Source: Helicobacter cetorum
GTDB taxonomy: Bacteria > Campylobacterota > Campylobacteria > Campylobacterales > DZAY01
Length of the DNA stretch: 64,000 nucleotides
Assembly (NCBI GenBank): GCA_022729735.1
Contig: DZAY01000011.1
Location: 5,066-69,065 of the forward strand
Reading direction: 5' to 3'
The position numbers were made by a program, and so were the translations under genes. This document shows positions 30,136-40,648 of the stretch, in pieces. Each line of letters opens with the position of its first letter. Positions within the stretch are counted from its first letter, which is position 1. The notes under the pieces are model-generated. The model was not told the DNA's origin. It searched no databases and saw only the letters and a program-made list of their open reading frames with translations.

Positions 30136-33100
30136 TTAAACCCTCCAAAATATCTAAAATTTCTTTATATCTATAACTCTCTTTCAAGGAGCAAATAGTA
30201 TCAAATATCTTTTTTTCTGCTTCATCTAACTTATATTTAGATAACTCTTCCATAACTGAATTCACACCTTTGGGACGATATTTTTCTAACTGCTCTTTTA
30301 AAGCTTTTAGTTTTTCTTCAAACTGAACTCTACTTAATCTCTCAACCATATTGCACTTTTCTACATTAGGCATTATACTATCTATCTCATTAATAACTAT
30401 TTTTAATTCTGTATTGAATTTTTGCAATGTTGTAAAATCCCATTTTTCTTCTTCCAACTCTTTAGCTACTAAATATAGTTTTTCTGCTCTTAAATATCCA
30501 CTCAAACCTTTTATATTATGAACAGTTCGTTTGTGTTCTAAATTATTTAAATCAATATTTAAATCTCTATAATCATCTGCGAATTTTTTTACCATTTTTA
30601 TATATAGTTCTACTCTGTTATTAGAGTATTCTAAACCTTTTTGAGCATCAATATTCACAAAATTAAATCCAAAATTTACAATATTCTCTTTTTTTATTAT
30701 ATCTTTTGATAAATATTTAACTAAAACTGCATATAGCTTTTCAATTTCAATCGGTTTGCTTAAATGCTCATTCATACCAATCGACTTTGACATATTTATA
30801 TCTTGTATCATAGCATTTGCTGATAATGCAACTATTGGAATAGTTTTATTAGTAGCTCTAATTATTTTTGTGGCTTCATAACCATCCATAACAGGCATTT
30901 GAATATCCATAAGAATTAAATCTATATCGTTATTTATATTAAATAGCTTAATCGCTTCTTCTCCATTATTTGCAACAATAATATCAATTCCACTATCTTC
31001 CTAAAAGCCCAATAACTATTTCTTGATTTACAATATTATCTTCAACTAATAATATTTTTGAGTTTTTTAGAGTTTTCATTTCAGATTTTAAACTACTTTT
31101 ATTTACTTCACATTCACCTTCACACTTTATATCTTCTAAAAAAATTGCACTTAATATATCATTGAGAGTTGATGGATTTATCGGTTTTTGTAAAAATATA
31201 TCTACTCCAAGATTTTGAGCTTCTCGCACAATACTCTCTTGTCTAAAAGAGCTAACCATAATTACAGTTGGAGGAGATTGGTCTAATAAACAGTTATGGT
31301 CAATAAAACAGCTTTCGCATCTTTGCTTAAGCTCTTTTATAGTTTCAATTCCATTCATATTTGGCATATTCCAATCCACAAGAATTAAATCATAACCATT
31401 TTGACACTGATTTAATAAATTTAGAGCTTCTTCTCCACTTTCAACTAAATCAACTTTCATTCCAAAATCATTAAGCATAGTTTTTATTATTTCTAACCAC
31501 TCTCTATTATCATCTACAACTAAAGCTCTCTTATTTTCAAAAAATTTATAAATTGAAACTCTCTTATCTAATTCACCAAGCTCAACTTCAAATATAAATC
31601 TACTTCCAACACCAAATTCGCTTTCAACCCAAATAGTTCCACCCATCATTTCAACAATCTTTTTAGATATAGCAAGTCCTAATCCACTACCACCATATTT
31701 ACGAGTTGTAGTTCCATCTGCTTGAGAAAATGATTTAAATAGTAACTCCATTTGCTCTTTTGTAAGTCCAATTCCACTATCTCTAACTTCAAATCTATAT
31801 CTATTTTCTCTAATTCTATTTACATAAATAGCAATTGAGCCTTTATGAGTAAATTTTACAGCATTTGTCAAAAGATTTGTCATGACTTGTGAAAGTCTTA
31901 AAGAGTCTCCATAAAACTTTTTACCAACATCATTTGCATAACTTACAATTAACTCTAAATTCTTTTCATGAACCTTTAAATCAATTAAATGAATAACATT
32001 ATCAACTAAATTATATAAATCAAACTCACTCTTTTCTAATGTCAATTTTCCAGCTTCAATCTTACTAAAATCCAAAATATCATTTATTATTCCAAGTAGT
32101 GATTTAGCAGAACTCTCAATCCTCTCAATATAAGCTCTCTGTTTTGGATTTAACTCTGTTTGTAGTGCCAAATGGCTCATTCCAATTATTCCATTCATTG
32201 GTGTTCTAATCTCATGAGACATATTTGCTAAAAATTCACTTTTTGTTTTTGTAGCATTTTCTGCTTTTTCTTTTGCAAACTCCAACTCTTTAGTATAACT
32301 TTTAAGTCGCTCTTCACTAAGTTTTAACTCATTAAAAACTATTTCTCTATCTTTTAAACTCTTAGATAATCTTCTATTTATAATATATATATATCCAATT
32401 ATTAATCCACTAAAAAGAATAGCAAAGATTGATAAAAACAGATATGTATAATCAACTTTTATCTCTTTTTTATAAAAAAACTCATCTAATTTTGAAATAT
32501 CTTTTACAAGTCCCATTTTATGATACTGTTCTGCGATATATCTCCATCTATTTGGATTACTATGTCCAATCTCTACAAAAAATGGGTCTATTAACTTTTT
32601 TATCTCTTCTGCTTCAAACTTTAAATGGTTATAACTTTTGTTTTGACTATTATACTTTTTTTCAATCAACTTAACAGTTTCATCTAAATTATTTATAGCA
32701 TAACTCCAACCTTTAATAGTTGCTTCTAAAAAACTATTTACAATATCTCTATTTTTTTCTTCAAAATCTTTAGAACAAAACAGAATATCACTATAAAAAT
32801 CAAGTCCATAATTTATAGGATTTAATATTGTGTATTTAATTCCCATCTCTTCTAATAAAAATGGTTCATTTGAAAGATAAGCATTCATAGCAGATATATT
32901 TCCTGCTATTAAATCTTTTGTATGTTTTGAATGGCTTGTTATTTTTAATTTTTTTATATCTATTCCCTCATTTACAAACATAGATATAAGTTCATAATCA
33001 TCTGGTAAAAGCTCTAATGGCAAACTACTATTTGCTATTGATGTTGGAGTTATCTGCTCTTCTCCAACTCCCAAAAGCACACTTGGTGAGTGTTGAAAAA

Positions 33101-33398
33101 TTGGAGCTAACATCACAATATTTGAACCATTAAAAAATTGAACAAGCACTCCAGAGTTACTTATCGCAAAATCAGCCCTACCATTTACAACCTCATCTGT
33201 TACATTTATATTAACTTCACCCTCTTTTAGTTTTACATTTAATCCAACATCTTTGTAAAACCCTTTTTCTAATGCCATATAGTAGCCCATAAATTGTGCT
33301 TGATGATACCATCTAAGTTGTAGATTTATATTTCTCATCTCTTCACCAAATAGAGAAATAGTAAAGAATATTAAAAAAATAGGTAGATATTGCAACAA
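30125..33398 (-). pseudogene. Hybrid sensor kinase (NMT1/SsuA-like periplasmic domain, TM, HisKA, HATPase, REC, REC, Hpt) interrupted by a 1-nt frameshift
   Basis: ORF 30993..33398 ends ...[19 protein letters not shown]. The +1 frame then continues [36 protein letters not shown] into ORF 30125..30910, so one REC domain is split across two frames. Confidence 0.7.
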
Positions 33399-33429
33399 AT
33401 AGCCTTTTAAATTTTTATTGTAATTATAC

Positions 33430-34380
33430 TCATAAAATAGTTAGATAATATAGATATCGTTTAAAAAGTATAGCTAAAGTTGCTAAAAATAGATAAAAGA
33501 TATATTTATGAAATATTGAAATAATAGATAAAAAAATATAAGATAAAAATATATAAAGAGGTATTTCAACAGAAACGGTTTCAAATTTAGTTTTTAAAAA
33601 ATCCAATGTAAAATCAAGAGTTCCACCAATATTAAAAAAATGTAAAAATAGCTCAACTGGATAAAATATAGAAAAAGCGATAGTAATTATTGGAGAAAGT
33701 AGTTGAGAAATTGCGATAATTTTAAAAAAATATACAGAATATATCAACATGGATATAAATAAAAAGATATTTAAAAATATAACTGTTTTGATTTTACTAA
33801 AATTTGGAAAGTGGTGTAAAAATAGAAATATATAAAAAACTCCAGCAACTGATAAAAATAGCGATAAAGATAGTAAAAGTTTTGGAAAAAGGGCTATTAA
33901 AAATAGAGTTACTATTAATAAATTTAGAAAAGAGACAATTTTTATCGCTCTAAAATATAAAAAAAGTCCAAAAAGAAACATAGCAAACGACCTTAAAAAA
34001 GATGGTGTAAATTCAATTAACAAAAGATATAAATAGAGCAAAACTATCGCAATAATTGATAAATCAAATTTTCTATTTCTATATGGAAATAGTTTTGTTT
34101 GAAAAAATTGGTATATTGGTTTAACTAAAAAATAAAAAAATAGGACTAAAAATCCTAAATGAAATCCACTAATTGCAACTAAATGTGATATTCCAAATAT
34201 ACTCATCTGCTCTCTTGTCTCTTTGCCCAAAGAGTTACCAAGAAATAGTGCTAAAAATAGCTCTTTATAAAATGGTTCAAAATGTTGATTTGCAATAAAA
34301 TCTGAAATAACTGTTTTTGTAGTTGCTTCTTTTAATTTTAAATCAAATGTTGGTGCATAAAAACCTTTTACAAAATCCAA
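33430..34380 (-). CDS. comEC: ComEC/Rec2 family competence channel protein (no metallo-beta-lactamase domain)
   Basis: Competence-domain motif [16 protein letters not shown] in a polytopic membrane protein. The frame stays open a further 107 codons upstream, to 34701. Confidence 0.7.
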   Translation of the reverse strand: MDFVKGFYAPTFDLKLKEATTKTVISDFIANQHFEPFYKELFLALFLGNSLGKETREQMSIFGISHLVAISGFHLGFLVLFFYFLVKPIYQFFQTKLFPYRNRKFDLSIIAIVLLYLYLLLIEFTPSFLRSFAMFLFGLFLYFRAIKIVSFLNLLIVTLFLIALFPKLLLSLSLFLSVAGVFYIFLFLHHFPNFSKIKTVIFLNIFLFISMLIYSVYFFKIIAISQLLSPIITIAFSIFYPVELFLHFFNIGGTLDFTLDFLKTKFETVSVEIPLYIFLSYIFLSIISIFHKYIFYLFLATLAILFKRYLYYLTIL

Positions 34381-34678
34381 AAATTCAACATCTTTTGTAA
34401 TAATTTTTATAGATATATCACGATTTTTTAAATCTTTTAAACTTTCCCAATTTGTAGTATAAAAATCAAACTTTTCACTTTTGATTTTTAATACATTATA
34501 CTCTTTACCATTTTTATTTGCTTTTTTATATTGATTTAAAACTACTCCATGAGCATAAAATATGTTATAACTTTTAAATTTTATAAAATCTTTATATATT
34601 TGATAAGAGTTTAGAGTAAATGCAAAAATTATAAATATAAAAAAGTAAAACCACTCCTTTTTATTTACAAAGAGTTTA

Positions 34679-36127
34679 TTAGAGTGTAAAAGGAGGATTT
34701 TCTATATCCTTAACTTCATCACCATTTTTGATGAATTTAGACCTTTTTATATCATCAACTGAAACACCATTATATGTAACTTCCATTGAGCTTGTAAAAT
34801 CTGTAAATCTTGTCCAATTTTTTTGAAAAAGTAACTCAATAGTTCCTGTTGGTCCATTTCGCTGTTTGCCAATTATTATTTCTGCTGTTTCTTCATTTTT
34901 TTCATGAAATTGAGTTCTGTTTTTTCCTTGCTCATTTTTTGCTTTCTCTTTTTCATCTTTTAGTTTATATACATCATCTCTATATATAAAAAGTATCATA
35001 TCAGCATCTTGCTCGATAGAGCCTGATTCTCTCAAATCGCTCATAATAGGTCGTCTATCAACTCTTTTTTCTAATGACCTATTTAACTGCGATAAAGCAA
35101 TAATTGGAATTTTTAACTCTCTTGCTAAAATTTTTAATCCTCTACTAATTTCTCCAATAGCTAAATTTCTATCCATTGTAGAGTTTGCACTCATAATTTG
35201 TAAATAGTCAATTACAGCAAGTTTTAACTCTTTATGTTGGCTTTTAAGTTTTCTTAATTTTGTTCTTAATTGATTTATATTTAGTGAGCTATCATCATCT
35301 ACGAAGAGTTTATATTTTGAGTATAAATCTGTTCCATCTGCTAATCTATGATACTCATCATCTGTCAAATTTCCAACTCTTATATTTTGAAGAGATATTG
35401 ATGTTTTCATACTAAGAAGTCTCATCATTAGCTGTTCTGCTGGCATTTCAAGTGAAAAAAATGCAACCCCAAACCCATTTTTTAAAACAGCTGAAACAAT
35501 ATTTAGAGCAAAAGCTGTTTTTCCCATAGCTGGTCTTGCTGCTAAAATTATTAAATCACCTTCATTAAATCCTGTTGTCATTTTATTTAAATCATGAAAT
35601 CCTGTATCTATTCCAACTAAATATGAGTTTCCTCTCGCTTTTTGCTCTTTTATTTGATTTAAAAGTGAAGCAATAATTTCTCCTGATTCTCTAAAACCTC
35701 TGCTATCACTTTGTTCTGTAATTTTATAAAGTTTTGATTGAATTTCATCTATTACATCTTGTGATGCTAAATCTTCTTTTGATGTTAAATCTTTTATTTC
35801 TAAAGATAGTTTATGAAGGTCTCGTTTAATTGCTCCATCTTTTACATATTTCACATAATATTTTACATCAATAATTGGATTGATGGAAACTATTTCGATT
35901 AAATACTCTTCATTAAAATCTTTGTGTTTAGATAATCGTTGAGCTATAATTTGCTCATTAATAGGTGTAGAAGTTGAATATAATATTCCCATTTCTTGAA
36001 ATATCAAAGAGTGTATAGGAAGTTCAAAATCTGATGGTTTAAGAGTTGAAGCTATCTCTTCATAAATCGAAGGGTCAAAAAATATACTACTAAGTAAAGA
36101 CCTCTCAATTAACAATCCATAACTCAT
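34679..36127 (-). CDS. dnaB: Replicative DNA helicase
   Basis: Walker A ARPAMGKTAFALN, DYLQIM and SQLNRSLE motifs. Confidence 0.95.
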   Translation of the reverse strand: MSYGLLIERSLLSSIFFDPSIYEEIASTLKPSDFELPIHSLIFQEMGILYSTSTPINEQIIAQRLSKHKDFNEEYLIEIVSINPIIDVKYYVKYVKDGAIKRDLHKLSLEIKDLTSKEDLASQDVIDEIQSKLYKITEQSDSRGFRESGEIIASLLNQIKEQKARGNSYLVGIDTGFHDLNKMTTGFNEGDLIILAARPAMGKTAFALNIVSAVLKNGFGVAFFSLEMPAEQLMMRLLSMKTSISLQNIRVGNLTDDEYHRLADGTDLYSKYKLFVDDDSSLNINQLRTKLRKLKSQHKELKLAVIDYLQIMSANSTMDRNLAIGEISRGLKILARELKIPIIALSQLNRSLEKRVDRRPIMSDLRESGSIEQDADMILFIYRDDVYKLKDEKEKAKNEQGKNRTQFHEKNEETAEIIIGKQRNGPTGTIELLFQKNWTRFTDFTSSMEVTYNGVSVDDIKRSKFIKNGDEVKDIENPPFTL

Positions 36128-36173
36128 AAAAAAGCCTTTTAATTATTTGGAAACTTTTGAAGTCTATTTGAAG

Positions 36174-36249
36174 TGGTGGCTAGAGACGGAATCGAACCGC
36201 CGACACGGAGATTTTCAGTCTCCTGCTCTACCGACTGAGCTATCTAGCC
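36174..36249 (-). tRNA. tRNA-Phe (GAA)
   Basis: The reverse complement GGCTAGATAGCTCAGTCGGTAGAGCAGGAGACTGAAAATCTCC...GGTTCGATTCCGTCTCTAGCCACCA folds as a cloverleaf. It has anticodon loop CTGAAAA, a T-loop GGTTCGATTCC and an encoded CCA. Confidence 0.9.
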
Positions 36250-36281
36250 GTTTTGGAGCTGAAATTATATAAAAGTAACAC

Positions 36282-37478
36282 TTAATTACTACTTAAAGTA
36301 TATACAAAACTTTTAAATTTTTCACCTCTATCTTTGTAAGAGTTAAATTGGTCAAGTGATGCTGCTGATGGTGAGAGTAGAGCAACACTATCTGTTGTAT
36401 GCTCACAATCAATTGCTTTAACTGCGACATCTAAAAATTTACACTCTAAAATAGGAATATCAAATTTATTAGCTAAATTTAACAGTTTTTCACTATTTGA
36501 GCCAATTGCAAAAATTTTAATATCCAAATCTTTTAAAAACTCAAACAAAGGCTCTAAATTTGCACCTTTATCATCTCCACCTAAAATTAATAAAACTCTT
36601 TTATCTATAAAGTTTTTCATAGCTTCTATGGTTGCATCCAAATTTGTAGCTTTGCTATCATCTATCCAAACTCTATTTTTATTATCAAAGAACTCTTCTA
36701 TTTTGTGAGCACCGATTTTAAAACTATTTATTAAATCATAATTGATTTCATCAAACAGGACTTTAGTAACTGATAAAGCTAAAATAGCATCCAATAAAAA
36801 TGGCTCTTTGAAATTTAATTTAGTTATATCAATTCCCATAAAAATTGCTAAATCTTTTGAATTTTCATAACATATTTTATATCCATTTGTCTCTACATAT
36901 TGATATTTTTTTGGCAAAATTACAACTTCTCCTTCTTCCATAAGCTTTAAAGGTTTTAGTTTAGCTTCTTCATATTCGCTAAATCCACCATGCCAAGTTA
37001 TATGGTCATCAGTAATCGGTAACAAAACATATATATTTGGTTTTGCTACCTTTGTGTAGTGTAGAGTAAAAGAGCTGGTTTCTAAAATCCAAATAGGAGT
37101 TTTTGGAAGTTTTGCTAAAGGTATGCCTATATTTCCACCTGCAACTCCTCCTCTATCTTTTAATAGATATTCTATCATAGCAGTTGTTGTAGTTTTGCCA
37201 TTTGTGCCACTAATCCAAATAGAAAATGGAAAATCTTTATAAAAAAAGTCATATTCACTAACTAAATTTTTACAATTCTTTGCAAAACTATTATATGGTG
37301 GAATTCCTGGAGTAATAATTGATAACTCATCACTACTGAAATCTACTAAATTTGATGGAATAAGCTCATTTCCAAACTCATCAAAACTGATAGTTTCAAA
37401 TTTATCGTCATAAATTTTGCAATTTTTAAATTTTTCAGCTATCGCCTTGTTTGTAATTCCATATCCAAAAAGTCTCAT
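36282..37478 (-). CDS. murD: UDP-N-acetylmuramoylalanine--D-glutamate ligase
   Basis: Mur ligase P-loop ISGTNGKTTTT. The size and N-terminal Rossmann-like domain fit MurD. Confidence 0.75.
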   Translation of the reverse strand: MRLFGYGITNKAIAEKFKNCKIYDDKFETISFDEFGNELIPSNLVDFSSDELSIITPGIPPYNSFAKNCKNLVSEYDFFYKDFPFSIWISGTNGKTTTTAMIEYLLKDRGGVAGGNIGIPLAKLPKTPIWILETSSFTLHYTKVAKPNIYVLLPITDDHITWHGGFSEYEEAKLKPLKLMEEGEVVILPKKYQYVETNGYKICYENSKDLAIFMGIDITKLNFKEPFLLDAILALSVTKVLFDEINYDLINSFKIGAHKIEEFFDNKNRVWIDDSKATNLDATIEAMKNFIDKRVLLILGGDDKGANLEPLFEFLKDLDIKIFAIGSNSEKLLNLANKFDIPILECKFLDVAVKAIDCEHTTDSVALLSPSAASLDQFNSYKDRGEKFKSFVYTLSSN

Positions 37479-37488
37479 TTATATCTCT

Positions 37489-38037
37489 TTATTTACAATA
37501 TGTAGCAAGTAATCCATTTTTCAAGGCTTGATAACTCTCTTCACCCGCTAATTTTTTAACAATTGCTAATCCAAAACAGATAGCAGTTCCAGGACCTCTT
37601 GAAGTCAAAATATTTTCATCTTCTACAACAGTTTCATTTACAAATTTTTCAACGCCAATCACATCTTCAACCGATGGATAACAAGTATATCTGTTTTTGA
37701 TAACTCCTGCTTCTTTTAGAGCTATTGGAGCTGCACAAATTGCTCCAATATTTTTGTTTTTAGCATCAAACTCTTTTAGTAGAGATTGAACTTTTTGATT
37801 TTTTGCTAAAATCATAGTGCCACCATATCCACCAGGTAAAACTATCATATCAAACTCATCTCCATTAATATCAGAGATTAAACAATCAGCTTTTATAGAA
37901 ATATCATGAGCACCTTTTAAAACATCTCGCTCAACTCCAGCGATAATAACTTCAATACCAGCTCTTCTAACTACATCAATAATAGATACTGCTTCAATCT
38001 CTTCAAACCCATCAGCCAATGGAACGACAATTTTCAT
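37489..38037 (-). CDS. DJ-1/PfpI family protein
   Basis: 182 aa with the nucleophile-elbow motif IGAICAAP. Confidence 0.85.
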   Translation of the reverse strand: MKIVVPLADGFEEIEAVSIIDVVRRAGIEVIIAGVERDVLKGAHDISIKADCLISDINGDEFDMIVLPGGYGGTMILAKNQKVQSLLKEFDAKNKNIGAICAAPIALKEAGVIKNRYTCYPSVEDVIGVEKFVNETVVEDENILTSRGPGTAICFGLAIVKKLAGEESYQALKNGLLATYCK

Positions 38038-38046
38038 AATAGCTCC

Positions 38047-38610
38047 TTATTTGATTTTTTCGATATATAAACCTTCTCTTGTATCAACTCTAATCATATC
38101 CCCTTCTAAAACATGAAATGGCACTTGCACAGTAGCTCCAGTTTCTAAAGTTGCAGGTTTTTTACCAGCTGAAGTTGTATCACCTTTAAAATTTGGTGGA
38201 GTTTCAACGACTTTTAACTCAACAACCATTGGAACTTCCATTGATATTGCTTTTCCATTAAAAAATAGAACATCAACTTTCATTCCATCTAAAATCCAAT
38301 TAATTGCATCTCCTATTTGGTCTTCGCTAAGTCCAATTTGCTCATAACTACTATTATCCATAAATTGATAAAACTCTCCATCATTATATAGATATTGCAT
38401 CTCTTTTGTTTCCAAATTTGGAACATCAGATTTATCACCTGCATGGAATGTTTTTTCAATAACTTTTCCATCTAAAAAAGATTTAATTTTTGCTCTAACA
38501 AATGCTGCACCTTTTCCAGGTTTGACATGTTGATATTCAACTATTTTATATGGAATGCCATCTAATTCAATTTTTAGACCCTTTTTTAAATCACTCATAG
38601 AGTATTGCAT
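38047..38610 (-). CDS. efp: Elongation factor P
   Basis: [15 protein letters not shown] motif; 187 aa. Confidence 0.95.
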   Translation of the reverse strand: MQYSMSDLKKGLKIELDGIPYKIVEYQHVKPGKGAAFVRAKIKSFLDGKVIEKTFHAGDKSDVPNLETKEMQYLYNDGEFYQFMDNSSYEQIGLSEDQIGDAINWILDGMKVDVLFFNGKAISMEVPMVVELKVVETPPNFKGDTTSAGKKPATLETGATVQVPFHVLEGDMIRVDTREGLYIEKIK

Positions 38611-38721
38611 ACTTACACCTTTTCAAAAATTTTTGTCGCATTTTATCTTTTTTGTGCTTATTTTATAATGAGTTAAAAAAAATATTTCAAACTTCATTTT
38701 TGTAATATTTTAAGATTTTTA

Positions 38722-38730
38722 TGTTAGAAT
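38722..38730 (+). promoter_or_regulatory. Extended -10 promoter element (TGtTAGAAT) for the candidate ncRNA
   Basis: TG-n-TAGAAT is preceded by phased A/T tracts and lies about 7 nt upstream of the point where GC content rises. Confidence 0.45.
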
Positions 38731-38736
38731 TCCACT

Positions 38737-38931
38737 GTCTAGATGGTGTCGAGAACCCAAAATTAGAGTCCGACATATATCTGTTTGTGAATGTTCGTAG
38801 TTGTGCTGTGTGTTCGGTGACTCTGCTTGAAGCCTCCAAGAGGTTTAGGAGCTGCCGCCTAATGTGACACTCATATCCACACCCATTAGAATTTGGGGCT
38901 ACTTAATAAGGAATACGCCCATCTGGATAAC
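38737..38931 (+). ncRNA. ssrS: Candidate 6S RNA (ssrS-like) upstream of purD
   Basis: About 195 nt, with no ORF on the + strand (only a spurious antisense ORF tail reaches 38903), and clearly more GC-rich than its flanks. The ends pair: TCTAGATGG at 38738-46 with CCATCTGGA at 38919-27, and CCCAAA with TTTGGGG further in. As I recall, epsilon-proteobacterial 6S RNA sits next to purD. The boundaries are approximate. Confidence 0.5.
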
Positions 38932-38960
38932 CTTCATAGACTGCAAATTTTGGAGAAATA

Positions 38961-40208
38961 ATGAATATTTTAATAGTTGGTAGTGGTGGTAGAGAGTATG
39001 CAATAGCTCTTAAACTTAAAAAAGATAGTAGAGTTAGTAATATATTTTTTGCAACAGGTAATGGAGCTACAAAAAAATTAGGTAAAAATTTAGATATTAA
39101 AGATTTTGAAGAGTTAGCAAATTTTGCGATACAAAATTGTATAGAATTAACAATCATTGGACCAGAAGAGCCTTTAGTTAATGGAATTGTAGATATTTTT
39201 AAATCAAAAGGTTTAACAATATTTGGTCCAAGCAAAAATGCTTCACAATTAGAAGGCTCAAAAGCTTTTATGAAAAATTTTTTAAAAAAACATTCTATTC
39301 CAACTGCAAAATATATAGAAACTTCAGATTTAGATGAAGCAATTAAATTTATAGATGATTTAACTACTCCAATAGTTGTAAAAGCTGATGGTTTATGTGC
39401 TGGAAAAGGTGTAATTATCGCAACTTCAAAAGATGAAGCAATAGAAGCAACTAAAGGAATGTTATCTGGTAACTCTTTTGGAAATGCTGGACTTAAAGTT
39501 GTGATTGAAGAATTTTTAGATGGATATGAGCTATCACTTTTTGTAATTTCTGATGGAGAAAATTATAAAATATTACCTCCTGCACAAGACCACAAAAGAC
39601 TTTTAGATGGAGACAAAGGTGTTAATACTGGTGGAATGGGTGCATATTCACCAACTCCATTAATAAATAATGAACTTTTAGCAAAAATTGAGCAAAGAAT
39701 TGTTAAACCAAGCATAGATGGAATGAAAAATGATGGAAATCCATTTGAAGGTGTGCTATTTTGTGGATTGATGATAGTAAATGGTGAGCCATTTGTATTA
39801 GAGTATAATGTAAGATTTGGCGACCCAGAGTGCGAAGTTTTGATGCCTTTAATTGAAAATCCACTTGATTTGTTTTATAAATGTGCTACTAAAGATTTAA
39901 ATTCACTAAATATAACATTTGATGGAAGATTTGCAATTGGAGTTGTATTAGCAAGTAGAGATTATCCATACAAAAATAGCGAACCTGCAAAAATAGTAGT
40001 AAAAAAAGAGATAGAAAATGCACATATTTGCTATGCTGGAGTTAGTGAAATAGATGGAATATTATATGCAACTGGTGGGAGAGTTATTGTGTGTGTGGGA
40101 GTTGGTGAAAGTTTAGAAATTGCAAAACAGAGAGCATATAAATTGGTAGAAGAGGTTGAGTTTGATGGCAAACAATATAGAAGCGATATTGCAAAACAGG
40201 CACTTTAG
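38961..40208 (+). CDS. purD: Phosphoribosylamine--glycine ligase
   Basis: MNILIVGSGGREYA N-terminus and an ATP-grasp core; 415 aa. Confidence 0.95.
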   Translation: MNILIVGSGGREYAIALKLKKDSRVSNIFFATGNGATKKLGKNLDIKDFEELANFAIQNCIELTIIGPEEPLVNGIVDIFKSKGLTIFGPSKNASQLEGSKAFMKNFLKKHSIPTAKYIETSDLDEAIKFIDDLTTPIVVKADGLCAGKGVIIATSKDEAIEATKGMLSGNSFGNAGLKVVIEEFLDGYELSLFVISDGENYKILPPAQDHKRLLDGDKGVNTGGMGAYSPTPLINNELLAKIEQRIVKPSIDGMKNDGNPFEGVLFCGLMIVNGEPFVLEYNVRFGDPECEVLMPLIENPLDLFYKCATKDLNSLNITFDGRFAIGVVLASRDYPYKNSEPAKIVVKKEIENAHICYAGVSEIDGILYATGGRVIVCVGVGESLEIAKQRAYKLVEEVEFDGKQYRSDIAKQAL

Positions 40209-40648
40209 TGAGTATTGAGGATTTAGAGAGAGAAGGTATAGAGTTAGCAAGTTTTAAAAAAAGACTTTATGCTTTTATGATTGATGATTTATTAATATCT
40301 ATGCTATTTTTAGCTATTTACTTTGACACTATTACAAGTTTTGAAACCACTGAAGAGATTATACTTTTTATAAATAGCTTTTTATTGGAGATGTTACTTT
40401 TAAAAATCTTATATCAATCATTTTTTGTATATTTTTACTCTGCTACAATTGGTAAAATCATTATGAAAATCAGAGTAGTTGATGGAAAATTACTTGATAA
40501 ACCAAGTCTAATTCAATCGATAAATCGTGCTATTTTTAGAGCTTTAGGAGAGTTTTTTGTCTATTTTGGATTTATAATTGCTTTTTTAAATCCAAAAAGA
40601 GAAGCACTTCATGATAAAAGTGCAAAAACTTTAGTAATAAATGTTTAA
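40208..40648 (+). CDS. RDD family membrane protein
   Basis: About 146 aa with 3 TM helices in an RDD-like layout. The GTG start overlaps the purD stop. Confidence 0.7.
   Translation: MSIEDLEREGIELASFKKRLYAFMIDDLLISMLFLAIYFDTITSFETTEEIILFINSFLLEMLLLKILYQSFFVYFYSATIGKIIMKIRVVDGKLLDKPSLIQSINRAIFRALGEFFVYFGFIIAFLNPKREALHDKSAKTLVINV

Noticed and set aside
30125-30910. Stand-alone Hpt phosphotransfer protein, as listed in the ORF track
   Set aside because: Its first residues (MDIQMPVMDGYE) are the middle of a receiver domain. The missing N-terminal half is encoded just upstream in another frame, so it is better explained as the tail of a frameshifted hybrid kinase.
5187-33398. The two similar hybrid kinases (5187..8834 and 30125..33398) as a large dispersed repeat or duplication
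   Set aside because: The similarity is confined to conserved HisKA, HATPase, REC and Hpt motifs at the protein level. The sensor domains differ (family-3 SBP versus NMT1-like), and the DNA is not visibly repeated.
36128-36281. tRNA-Phe as an integration hotspot for a mobile element
   Set aside because: No integrase, direct repeat of the tRNA 3' end, or foreign-looking genes flank it. dnaB and murD are core genes.
38845-38865. GCTGCCGCCTAA, which looks like the alanine-rich end of a tmRNA tag reading frame
   Set aside because: The in-frame peptide (LKPPRGLGAAA*) is unlike epsilon-proteobacterial tags. There is no tRNA-like GGGG...ACCA acceptor pair, and the element is only ~195 nt, about half the length of a tmRNA.
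38737-38960. Possible purine riboswitch or purD leader
   Set aside because: I could not find the conserved purine-riboswitch three-way junction motifs. The element is longer than a purine aptamer, and its end-to-end pairing fits a rod-like RNA better.
38903-39235. 110-aa ORF antisense to the 5' end of purD, plus many other 60-85 aa shadow ORFs (e.g. 836..1159, 2187..2387, 7949..8173, 12020..12220, 32429..32674, 45744..45965, 49062..49304, 61414..61678)
   Set aside because: All are nested in or antisense to strongly supported genes. None has a ribosome-binding site or motif, and their composition is that expected of shadow frames.
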